NCBI GenBank assembly: GCA_044892525.1
Contig: CM097885.1
Span: forward strand, 49,416,001-49,480,000
Reading direction: 5' to 3'
Length of the DNA stretch: 64,000 nt
DNA from: Schmidtea polychroa
Lineage: Eukaryota
Shown: piece by piece, positions 40,461-51,400 of the stretch
Position numbering within the stretch: position 1 is the first letter of the stretch
Layout of the letters: the number at the start of each line of letters is the position of its first letter
Notes under the pieces: generated by a model
What the model was told of the DNA's origin: nothing
The model's database searches: none
Seen by the model: only the letters and a program-made list of their open reading frames with translations
Translations under genes and position numbers: made by a program

Positions 40461-40691
40461 TATAGTTCCATGTCCTTTCATTCGTTTGTTTATACGCGAT
40501 ATTCCATGTTCTTTACGTTTTGGAGCTGGGGCTGGAGGCGAATCTTTTTGAAAAATACCAGAAACTCCAGGTAGAACCTTCCCTAACTCAGCTAAAGCAT
40601 TTGTTTTTAGAGATGGTAATATTTTCTGTTCATTCATAATCACGTCTTTAGCAGTTTTCATGCCAAAATTACCAATACTTTTGGCTATCAT
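40395..40691 (-). CDS. Small basic Polinton protein upstream of MCP (possible core protein remnant)
   Basis: 98-aa ORF between the minor and major capsid genes with a Lys/Arg-rich C-terminal part. Confidence 0.4.
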   Translation of the reverse strand: MIAKSIGNFGMKTAKDVIMNEQKILPSLKTNALAELGKVLPGVSGIFQKDSPPAPAPKRKEHGISRINKRMKGHGTIFAKWFVVNPNYVYLIDNRLKR

Positions 40692-40714
40692 TATATATAC
40701 TAATAATATCTGAA

Positions 40715-41140
40715 TTAGCCATGTACTTTACGAAAATGTAATGTCAAATGAGTTTTCGAATCTTTCGGAAAGTTTATAAATTTTCCACTATCGTCACGAA
40801 TATTTATATCTATATTGTTTATACATGAGCTTGAAATTGGTAAATACATGAGATTATCAATATTTATATTGACAACTTCATCGTGTTCATATCTTCCAAT
40901 CCATACCGATTTCAAAAAAGGAACACTAGAATCACCAACAATGATGGGCTCAATAATATTAGTATATATGAACATTTGTTGATGATGTTCAAGGATTCTT
41001 GGTTTACGTATACCAGCCGATTTTTCCCGATATTGTTGCTTCTCTAATCCAAGTGTATTTGTTAAATTTTTATCAAATGTAACTTCACAAATTTCATCAT
41101 TCAAACTGAAGGTAAATAATGAATATTTCACAATGTCCAA
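40715..41140 (-). pseudogene. Minor capsid (penton) protein, C-terminal part
   Basis: MFIYTNIIEPIIVGDSSVPFLK, YLPI, IDINIRDDSG and LTLHFRK are typical of Polinton minor capsid proteins. Confidence 0.8.
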
Positions 41141-41165
41141 ACTTTTAAATATGTTGTGAATGTAT

Positions 41166-41405
41166 TTAAATCTCCATCAAATCCATTTGCCATAAATCGT
41201 CAATACCAAATGTTTTATACGCTCTTGTTGGAAATCTTTCCCCCTTTGGTTTGTTCAAACTGTACGCAAGCTGATCTGATAACCACTTCTGAGTTTCCTT
41301 TTTCGAATTCGGAACTCTTTTCTTTAATTTTGCGACTCCACCAAAACCGGTTTCGTCTTCAAGGTTCGTCCAAATCTTCTCCATTACAACAAGAAGATAT
41401 AGCAC
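41166..41405 (-). pseudogene. Retroviral-like integrase, N-terminal fragment
   Basis: GFGGVAKL..WLSDQLAYSL.KP..FP..GIDDLWQMDL, truncated after the first catalytic Asp. Confidence 0.8.
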
Positions 41406-41704
41406 CCATTGTTTATGATCGACTTCCTATTATTCCACCTAATAATGATATTGCTAAAGGTATCAATGCACCGATAAATCCCCGTTTGTTGTTTATAATT
41501 AATTTTTCTCATTTGTTGACGATTTTTATTATTTACTAATGATAGCAAAGGTTTCCTATGTTTACTCAATAATTGCTTTTTGGATTTACTGATTTTAATC
41601 TTGCTTTTGACTACTTTAAGTATAATATCGAGTAAATCATCGACAACATAATTCGGCAATGATTGCAAAATACTGTTTCTTTTCATACTTGGTGCCTTTA
41701 ACAA
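41384..41704 (-). CDS. Small basic Polinton protein between ATPase and integrase
   Basis: 106-aa Lys-rich ORF at a position where Polintons commonly carry a small conserved gene; the 3' end is probably frameshifted. Confidence 0.45.
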   Translation of the reverse strand: MLKAPSMKRNSILQSLPNYVVDDLLDIILKVVKSKIKISKSKKQLLSKHRKPLLSLVNNKNRQQMRKINYKQQTGIYRCIDTFSNIIIRWNNRKSIINNGCYIFLL

Positions 41705-41911
41705 TGTATTAAAAAACGGGAAACTCCGATGATTTTTAACAACTTTTACTTTCTTAGTGGTTTTTGCTTTTAGGTTTAGGTTTAGGATTTTTCGAAATAA
41801 GATTCATTGCAGGAAAATTTTCTGTAATAAGTTCTTTAGATGGAGTATAACTAGTTCTTGGTGGAACTTTTGGTTGTTTTTTACCCGATATTCTTGTTTT
41901 TGAAAACATGA

Positions 41912-42560
41912 TTTATATGTTTTCAACTTTGTTTTGAACTTTGTTTATAAACCATGACACCTTTTGGGTTGATAATATTTGTTTTTACCCGTATATCATC
42001 AGGAAATTGTTGTGTGAAACCGAGAAATATATACCCATACGGTATTTTCATATCATCTTGAAATGCATTGATAAGAAAATTACGTTATCAGGGTATGCTT
42101 GTCGTCCAAGAAAATCAATGACAGTTGCATTTCTAGAATTCTTGAAAATAACTAAATATTTTACATTTAAATTACGTGTTCGATGTGCACCACCTTGATG
42201 AAATAGATTTTGTGTTATGAAAATAACTGTTACACCAACATGTCTGCTGATCTTTTGTGAATAAATTATTAAAATCCTTTTCTTTATTGGCTTCTTGGCA
42301 CAAATCATCGATAATGATGACATCATCTTTCTTCAAACGACTTGACCAATTTTTATCAAACCCTTTACTATTTTCATCTTTTTCAACTGACAGAAACTTG
42401 ATTGCGTCAATCCATGTTCTTCGTCGGCGCCCCTATGCCAATAAATATTGTTGAATTTTGTTTTGAACAAATTTGATTTTAGTAATTTACAAACAAATAA
42501 TGTTTTTCCGCTACCACTCGGACCAACGATTTGGTATACTGTATCATTTTTTAATTCTAT
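41912..42560 (-). pseudogene. FtsK/A32-type packaging ATPase, frameshifted
   Basis: GPSGSGKT Walker A (about 42500-42525), then SRHVGVTVIFITQNLF, LNVKYLVIFKN and GRQAYP. Confidence 0.85.
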
Positions 42561-42659
42561 TTTTAATTTAAAATATATAATTATTGTTTATATAGATAAT
42601 TTAAATGAACTCCTTTTAAAAATAACTATATATCTGAGTTTTATAATTATTTCATTTAA

Positions 42660-43086
42660 ATGCTTTCAAATATAAATTATAGGGCAAAAGCTGATGTATC
42701 AAAAATGGTATTTCCACTGGGGAAACCACAACAACTTATCAATAGAAGTAATAAATACCCCATAATATATTTCAAAACTGGTAAATGTAGAATTATGGGA
42801 TGTAAGGAAATAATCAAAGCTAGTGAATATAATGTTTATGATTTAGAAATAAAATCGATAACAGTAACTTCTGACATGGGTTTTTCTTGTAATTAAAATA
42901 AATTGGCTAAATCAATACCATGAACCAGAATTATTTCCAGCTTTATTTATATTCGCTAGTGGTAAGATAGTAATTCTTGGAGTAAAAAGTATTGATTACA
43001 AATGTATAGTTGATAATATCATATCTGAAATTAAATCAATAATTGAAGGAAAAGAATTTTTAAATTTTTTATTATCACTTAATTAA
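42660..43086 (+). pseudogene. TATA-binding-protein-like gene inside the Polinton (one stop, one frameshift)
   Basis: Repeat 1: LSNINY...IIYFKTGKCRIMGCK. Repeat 2: IKSITVTSDMGFSCN(L)NKL...EPELFPAL..IFASGKIVILGVKS (42922-43086, +1 frame). Confidence 0.75.
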
Positions 43087-43203
43087 TTATTTATCATTGC
43101 AAATTCAGTGCAATTGAAATGCATCATTCTAATTGGTCGATATCTAATTGGCTGTTGATTGTCTAAAACATGATGTTTCTTCATTTATTAACAGTTTTTA
43201 AAA

Positions 43204-43614
43204 ATGTACAATATTCAAAGTTCTGCTATAACTGCCATGAACGAAATTGAACACTATGGTAAATTTAATTTTTTATTATTACTTTTATTTATCATATTAT
43301 TTACAGATGAATATCAGACAATAATACTTCAAAGATTACACTTCTATTATCCACAAATGTATGATATCCTGAAAGATCGAGATGCTGCAATAATTCTAGA
43401 TTTAAACTACAACGAAACCAGAATCTGGATATTCGATATCATCAATACATTTTTCTGGGTTGTGAAGATTGGAAGAACAATAAAGGAAGTGAAACAAGAA
43501 GACCCCTGCATTTTTAGATGCAGCTGTTGCAATTTCCGCTACCAAAGATATGTTGAATGGTCTTTGGTAAAGGCACTTCGAAATTATCATTCTAGTCAAG
43601 TTGTGTCAAAATAA
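43204..43614 (+). CDS. Unknown Polinton accessory protein with a Cys cluster; probable 48-nt intron at 43259-43306
   Basis: In-frame GTAAAT...TTTACAG AT-rich segment; C-terminal PCIFRCSCCNFRY. Confidence 0.45.
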   Translation: MYNIQSSAITAMNEIEHYGKFNFLLLLLFIILFTDEYQTIILQRLHFYYPQMYDILKDRDAAIILDLNYNETRIWIFDIINTFFWVVKIGRTIKEVKQEDPCIFRCSCCNFRYQRYVEWSLVKALRNYHSSQVVSK

Positions 43615-43688
43615 ATCTTTATGTTTAATTATTTTTGATTTTGTAGTAAATAGTAATAGTAATAGAAATAATAATAGAAATGATAATA

Positions 43689-43762
<74 letters not shown>

Positions 43763-44854
43763 TTTAATAATAATATAAAACATGTGACAATGCAATATCA
43801 GTGTAATATCAATGCAATTTGAATGCAATTAAAACAAAGACATGCTGCAATCTGATTGGATGATAAACAATAGTCAAAGGTATAAAAACCCTGTACCATT
43901 TCATTTTAATCATAATTCACGATGTCAAAGAAAATTTCAAGCACTGAAAAACCAAAAGTTGTTCCAGAACTTGTACAATCTGTTCAAATGTTCCACAACT
44001 ATAAAATGTATTTTTTAAAAGAAGAAATCAACATGAAATTGGTGTCACTGATCAAGCTAATTCCTACTCAATTTCAATTCTTATCCGGCACACTCAATGA
44101 TAGATATTAAATCTATTGATGAGGTTTCCAAACGGTTGAATAAAAATCTATCATGTAATCAACATGCATTTTTTAACAACCAATATGCAAGATTTTATGA
44201 TTCCTTTGATGAAATTAGCTTCAAAGAAAATGAAAATTGGTATATATCAATTGCAATACAAGGATATTAAGTTGATAATAATGATGTGTATTCTCCAATT
44301 TGGAAAATTATGTCTGCTAGACTTTCACAAATATTTTAATAAATGTTGATGTATTTAATAAATGTATTTAGTCATATTTGTTTTTCACTTATTTTCTATA
44401 TTAATGCAAAACTTTAACAAAGACATTCTATAAACAAATATATACTATAGTTTTAAAATGTTAATAATGACTACAGAAAAAGGTTAATATGATTAGTTAA
44501 TTATCGAATTATTTAATATTTAGAATTTGTAATAAACTTTTTATTGGAAAAATTAGCAGAAATATCTGGTGTAAAAATCGAGGATATATTATCAATTTCA
44601 AATTCATTAAATATAGACTGGGTAGAGTGAAGATCCAGGATTTGATGAAACTGAACAAATTGATGAAGAAAACACTCTCATGAGGAAATCATTCAAGAAA
44701 TTGATGAACCTATGGAGGAATTTACGGATACTGAACCGCGTGTATATATAACGATTGTATAGATCATGTTGTTGAAAATGTTATGAAATGTGGAGATGAT
44801 GAATGTGAATGTGTTAATAAATTTTTGTTTGAGTGTATATATTTAAAGTATAAT

Positions 44855-45376
44855 AATTCAAAGACGAGAATAAAGGACTATTATATAAATATTAGGTGTT
44901 TTTGAGACCTAAATGTTACAGTTTTATGGGTGATGAGGAAAGTATGAAGGCTAAGGGGATTAGTATGAAAGATACTGGACTAACACATCAGTCGTATCTA
45001 GATTGTAATTTAAACGATAAAATATACACAGTCTCTCAGTTTAGAATAACATCGAAAAATCACCAACTTTTTAGTATTAAAAATAATAAAAGAGCCTTGA
45101 CATGTAGAGATGATAAGCGAAATTGGGTGGATAAAAATCAAAGTTTGGCATATGGCCATTATAGGGGCGGTGACACCGATATATTTATCGATTCAACAGA
45201 AGCTGTCTCAGCAGATGATCCAGATGATTTCCATGATCCAGCAGATGATAATTATTTTGGACATGATTATTTTAGATGATGTGGTTAAATTATTTAATAA
45301 ATGTATTGATTTTATTGCCTTGAATATTTTTAGCAGTACCTTTGTGATCAATTTTTTACTTGTATTTTTATACATT

Positions 45377-45456
<80 letters not shown>

Positions 45457-45582
45457 ATGTTAAAGTTTTGCCTTGAATATTTTTAGCAGTACCCTTGCGA
45501 CATGGTGAATGTGAGTAGTACCTTTACGACCAATACCCATAGGGAGACAGAATATCTTGTCGGATAAACTCGCAGTATATAT
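44855..45582 (+). repeat. Inverted duplicate of 34773-35535 (polB 3' end plus downstream sequence)
   Basis: Near-identical peptide (KAKGISMKDTGLTHQSYLDC...DDKRNW), the same (AAT)n tract and the same downstream motif. Confidence 0.92.
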
Positions 45583-47298
45583 GATAATAATATTCCCCGC
45601 GCGCGTAATAATAATACTTTGAATTTGTATTTGAAAATAATTTATGACATGTTGAATGTGAGTAGTACCTTTGTGAGTAGTACTTTGTGAGTAGTACCTT
45701 TGTTAGCAGTACCATTAGGGGGACAGAATATCTTGTCGGATAAACTCAGAGTATATAATATCAATAATAATAAAATCTTTCTTGAAATCTAGAAAAATTT
45801 GTGCATTCTGATATATTTTTAAAACCATCAAAATTTAAAAAATCCTCTGAATTATAAATTTTCTTCGTTAGGAATTACTGTCTAAACTTTTTCAAAAATT
45901 CTGCAAATGAAATATTTTACAATTTACTATGCATTACATAGTAAATTACATAAAATATATATTTATTTTTAAGTTTTTGAGAATTTCGTTAGTATTAGAA
46001 CTCTTATCTAATAATTCATCAAATTATCCACAAATTAAAATTTTATTATTACGAACAAATAGAAACAAATTTGACAACATATTTCGATATAATTTTCAGT
46101 CAAATGGACACGTGGATAACAGAAAACCTTCATTTATAAACATATGGTTATTCAGATATTACTCAAATCTCAAATTCAAAATTTCGCCTTATCCATACTG
46201 ATATGTACCTCTCTACTGACCATTTTTGCTAACCTTTCCATATTCCAGCTATGTCTCTAAATAAATAAACACCATCCTTCATTAACCTACTGCCGCTTGG
46301 TAGGCTGCTATTGTAACTGTTGAATTTGACGATTTAGTTTCTCGCAAGAAATGATTAATGTCGGAAACAAAAAGAATTCTCTTTTTCTATTCATTTAGAT
46401 TTAAATTAGTTAAACATTTTAAATTTAACTTCAATACCATTTTATATTTTGACCATCAGCATACATTTGTGAAAGTTTTAGCAAAAATTAAATTCGAAAA
46501 AATTACATTTATCACTTTATTTATTATATGTTTCCTAAATTGATTTTAAATATGTAAATTTTACTTAAATTATAATTTTAAGAAATTATATTTATAAGAA
46601 ATAAATAATATATAAATTAACCCTAAAATAAATTATACAATGAAATAATATATTTTAATTTAAAATTGTTATTTTAAAATTAATCCTAAATCGTAAATAT
46701 TTCATTAAATTAAAATTTCAGCTAAACGAATTTCTTTAAACATTTAATTAATAGGCAAAATGTGTGTTGTAAAAAAATAATTTTATCTTTAGTCGTAATG
46801 AAAATAAATAAAAACAAAAACAGATCAAAGATGATCAAAATAATGAAGGATTTTACTAAATTAATTTCTGGCATGTTGCTGCCGATTTGTTTCCACTAAT
46901 AAATTAAATATACGCCCAATTGATATAAATAAATATTTACTGAAAAATAATATAAAATAATTTATTTGAGCTTTGTAGAAAAAATATAATTCTTTCCAAT
47001 GAGATTTAATTGGTCACAATTAGAGAGAAAATTCGAAAAAAATGATCCAACAGTACACAAAAATTATTTATTTTTTGAAAAAAACACTTTAATTTTAGCG
47101 AAGTGTTTTAGAATAACTTAAATGTAACAATTCCCGTGAAATCATTTTCTTTTTTTAATTTTCTATTTTGTTAAATATTATTTATTTATTAAATAATGCA
47201 GAATTGAATATTTATTGAATTATGGGTTAATATATTTTTACTCGCTCTATATTAACTTAGCTGATGTTTGTATGTGCCACGTAAATATTTATGAGGCC

Positions 47299-47416
47299 AA
47301 ATTAACCTACTTTCCGTGTCGGATTGAGCTGAAATTTGACAAGTAGATATTTTGTTGAGAACACTGCATGTTCTCAGAATTTCAGATCTATCCAATCACG
47401 GAAAACGGGTTAATTT
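47299..47416. repeat. Imperfect inverted repeat (MITE-like remnant)
   Basis: AAATTAACCTACTTTCCGTG / CACGGAAAACGGGTTAATTT with inner CTGAAATT / AATTTCAG. Confidence 0.55.
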
Positions 47417-48572
47417 AAAAAATATTGATTTGTTAAATCTAGTGTTATTTCCTTATTTCAATATAAGTTCTTGTCTATTCATTAACTTCGGATTAAAGAG
47501 ATAATTAATATCTAAAATATGTTATATAAGTTTGAACTTTATGTCCATATAAGCACTTAAAGTGCAAAATAATATGAAGTATTTCCTTTTGGAGATTTTG
47601 AGTTGACATTTTTCAATATATTATATGAAATATATTGTTCTTGTGTTATAAAAATAAAATTTTGGACTTCAATAGTGTAAAATTTGTGTTTTGTGTTTAA
47701 AAATTGGAAAGTATATAATAATAATAAATATTTCATAGCATTGAGAACGCGTATTGAAATTTTAGTTTTGAGTGAAATTAAGAGAGTTTCAAAAACCATG
47801 TTTATATGGTTGATTTTTTACTTTTCATTTTTGAACCACTTGCCATTTAATGACATGTTTGAAAGCCAATTGCAATCTGTACCATATGTAATATGGTGTG
47901 TATAGCACGTTATGTGATGTTTATAAGTTGAGAGTTCCATCAACAAATCCCAACAAATAACATGTCAAGTCTCTGTAAATGCTTTTGGGCGGATTCACCA
48001 CGAGCGCATGTTAATTAATTGCAAGGGCAAATGGTTAATTATTTATTCAGTATTATGTGATTATCGATTTAACCATTTAAAACAGGATGCCAAAACTAGC
48101 TTAAATAAAGCTAATTGTGGTAATCGAAATGGATTTCGTATTATTAATACATATTTCGTTATAAAATATATTCTTTTTATTTATGTAAAATTAATATAAT
48201 AAACCACAATTAATTACTAGACCTAACCTTATTTTGGAACAGAATTTTAATTCGAATCAGAAATTATTTCATAAAAATTAAGAACTATGCTTTGTAAATA
48301 TTCTTCTTATTTTTTCGATCAAAATTATTATTTAGATATTTTAATATTTTAGTTGAGTAATGTGAGTAACAGTTTCTGCAGAAACAATCATAACCTTGGC
48401 TATTAGGAAATGCTATATATATATATATATATACAAAAATGTACGCATTAAACAATTATTACATAAGAATGATATAAATATCATAATAATGACATAACAA
48501 TGGTAAAATGAAGTATCCTTGAATCTATTATTATATAACGGGTAATTAAGTAACGTTACAAATTATGTAATA

Positions 48573-48973
48573 CAGTAAACCCTTCAACTGCGCGGTTTTT
48601 CATTGCACGGTTTTGCAATTGCGCGGCCAAGTTTTAAATACCAAAATTTCTATCTGCGCGGTTTTTTTGCTGTTTTTGACAAAAAGAATCATGATAATTC
48701 ATATCGGTGAATCGTACAATTTTTGAAACGGAAAATAGTGATTCCCCGTATTTCAATGCATATATAGTTTTTATTTAAAGAAAATATTGACAGTTTCATT
48801 TATCTAGTGATCGCGTTAGGATTGAGACTGTTTTCTATAGTTTTTATGTTTATTAATGTAAATATGTATATTGTCGTTGAATAAAGACTTTTTATTATAT
48901 TTTCTGCACTTTTTCTAATACTTGGAACCTAACCCCATAATTGCATATAAAATCGGGTTCACAGTGCGCGGTT
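48573..48973. mobile_element. Truncated pogo/Tigger-type MITE
   Basis: TA-CAGTAAACCCT start with repeated TGCGCGG motifs; GGAACCTAACCCC near the right side; the right TIR is missing. Confidence 0.5.
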
Positions 48974-48985
48974 AATAATAATAAT

Positions 48986-49675
48986 AAAATATTTATATTT
49001 TATTAAAAATTGTGACATGCAGGCACCGAAAATATTTTAAATAATTTTCTCTTTCTATAAAATAATAAAAGTTTCACAAAAACTAAATAATGTATTAGCG
49101 GAGTTCAAAATAAATTAATTTTTGAAAAACCTACTTATGTGCTAAGTTCAGGTGTTGTATTGATATTTTCTGATTATATTGAAAATTCTTTTTAACTAGA
49201 AATTAATAAAATTAACACCGCAAACATTTAATTATAAGAAAGCGCCACTCGAACCTTCGCTTTACGATATATTTTAATTTAAATAATAAAAATATTTTTC
49301 AATTTATATTATAGATTTTAAAATATTTTAATTTTAATCTATCCACCTTTTAACAATAATAACAATAATAACAATAATAACAGTTAGAATGATAAATAAA
49401 GTTTTAATAGACATAAAAAATAGTAGAAAAAATTTATCAAAACTTCACAAAAAGGGAGGCAAAAATTAAAAAAAAACTTTCCAACATAAAAAATACGAAT
49501 CCTTATCAACCTTTAAGTGTTACAAAAAATAGAAAATAAAAATATTTTTATTTTATTAAAAATTGTGACATGCAGGCACCGAAAATATTTTAAATAATTT
49601 TCTCTGTCTATAAAATAATAAAAGTTTCACAAACACTAAATAATGTATTAGCGGAGTTCAAAATAAATTAATTTT
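48986..49675 (+). repeat. Direct duplication of about 137 bp (48986-49122 / 49539-49675)
   Basis: Near-identical AAAATTGTGACATGCAGGCACCGAAAATAT...AGCGGAGTTCAAAATAAATTAATTTT. Confidence 0.85.
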
Positions 49676-50794
49676 CTCCAACACACTATTATAAAGCTTG
49701 TAAAATGCAATTTTAATAATAATTTAGGAGGAAGATCTTGAACATTTTAACAAAGTAAGCCAAAATTTATAAACTCCTGGCATAGACATTTCTGAAGGTT
49801 ATGATTTGATTTATTCTTTGAAATTAATTTTAGGAAAATTCAGAACAGAAAGTCATTGAATACTAGTAGTGAGGAATCTATGCACCCCAGCACCCCCACC
49901 CTAAAAAAAAACAGCGCTATTGACCCATATTTTCCACATTTATATGCTTTTTTACCCCATATTCTTCACTTTTTTTAACTTTTAAACTTTGTCCCCTATT
50001 GCCATTAACCCTTAATTTCTTCCCTTAAAAGTAAAAAAGTTCGGAATAGATGTATTTATAGATTAGTAATTCCGAGAAAAGGTAACGGGGTGCATAGATT
50101 CCTCACTACTTGGTCTTAAGGATTTAATGTTATAAGGATTTAATGTTATAAGAATATCAGATTACCTAATTCATAATGATCTAGGTCGCCTGATCACCTT
50201 AAGGTTTTGAAAGTTTTAAAAATAAAAAATTTTATGAAAATAGTAAAACTGCTCTGAGGGGACAGTGGTATTTTTTTTTTTTTTTTTTCACTGTCCCCTC
50301 AACAGTTTTTTTTGATCCGGATCATTTTTTTTTTATTTATCAACCTCTTTCGTTTATCAAATCTCTACCAATATACAAGCTGGCCAGACTCATACATCAG
50401 AATCAATCCGATAATAGCAGCACGCCTTATTATTCGCTTCTCGCTCACGAAGTCGATTTCAACGGCGTTTTAAGCGTGCTGCTCGAAAGTACAAATGAAT
50501 TCGAAAGCGAATCCGAAAGAGGTCCGAAAACAACTGAGAAATAAATGTGCACATTACCGGAATCGATCCGGGGGTGTTCGAAAGACAGGTGGCGATAATT
50601 ACCGGTTCGCCACCATCACCCGTTTCAATATTTTTTTTTTCATATTTATGTTTAAAAAATAATTAATTAATAAAAAAATAAAATAAAATAAAATAAATAA
50701 AATAAAATATACAAGTACTTTATAAATATAAGATACCCACACTATTTTCAATATTATTTTCAAATTTTTAATATTATTTTATGTTGAAAAAAAA

Positions 50795-50869
50795 CTAACC
50801 TCAGTTAGGATTTGAACCACTATCCATTTGAACCACGGTGCCGGTCTATTCCCACTGCGCCATCTAGGA
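50795..50869 (-). ncRNA. tRNA-like Pol III gene, copy 1
   Basis: A box TGGCGCAGTGG, B box GGTTCAAATCC (with a duplicated GTGGTTCAAAT) and a T8 terminator at 50787-50794. Confidence 0.65.
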
Positions 50870-51035
50870 TTGGATTTTTGTCATTTTTTAGACTATAAAT
50901 AATCGATTCAAGTTAAAACGTTTTTGATCTTAAATTTCCAAGAGTTGCCGTTGACCAATCACCTTAAAAATTTGTAAAAGTACTAAATCGAGTATGCTGA
51001 TCAATATTTTGTTTAAAAAAAAATTTGAAAAAAAA

Positions 51036-51109
51036 TTGACCGAAATGGGATTTGAACCCATTGGTATTGGCAATGCAGTCGAGTGCTATTACCACTAAGC
51101 TATACTCAA
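51036..51109 (-). ncRNA. tRNA-like Pol III gene, copy 2 (tRNA-Cys-like)
   Basis: GTATAGCTTAGTGGTAATAGCACTCGACTGCA, a perfect T arm AATGGG-TTCAAAT-CCCATT and a T8 terminator. The anticodon stem does not pair. Confidence 0.72.
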
Positions 51110-51269
51110 TATAAAATAAGTTGTTAATGTGTGACTATTTATTGATGAAATTAATAATTAATTATTCATTTTCTCGACAACTACCACTCAGATCCATCTG
51201 AAAATTTAAATATATACTAAAATCAGTACGCTGAATCAGATTCCGTTGAAAAAAAAATATCGAAAAAAA

Positions 51270-51344
51270 TTGACCAAAATCGAAAATTGAACCCGGTACT
51301 CCCGGTGATAAAATTGAAGCCTATTCCCACTCCGCTATAATGGC
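51270..51344 (-). ncRNA. tRNA-like Pol III gene, copy 3
   Basis: A box TAGCGGAGTGG, weaker B box GGTTCAATTTT, the same GGTCAA 3' end as copy 2 and a T7 terminator. Confidence 0.6.
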
Positions 51345-51400
51345 TTACATAATATATTTAATTAATCCTATTTTGTGTGTGTAAATTTTAATATATAAAA

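Noticed and set aside
43601..45463. Poly-Asn and poly-Ile ORFs, including the poly-Ile tail on the 34892 ORF
   Set aside because: They come from (AAT)n microsatellites; the true polB stop maps to 35112 and 45279.
45929..48199. Short Phe/Ile/Lys-rich ORFs
   Set aside because: Such ORFs are expected by chance in very AT-rich DNA and show no motifs.
49865..50110. Independent 246-bp mini-Polinton insertion
   Set aside because: There is no 6-bp TSD (AATACT versus TGGTCT); it is treated as part of the large element's end pending the distal terminus.
51036..51109. Functional tRNA-Cys(GCA)
   Set aside because: The anticodon stem does not pair and the acceptor stem is only partial, so it is reported as a tRNA-like ncRNA instead.
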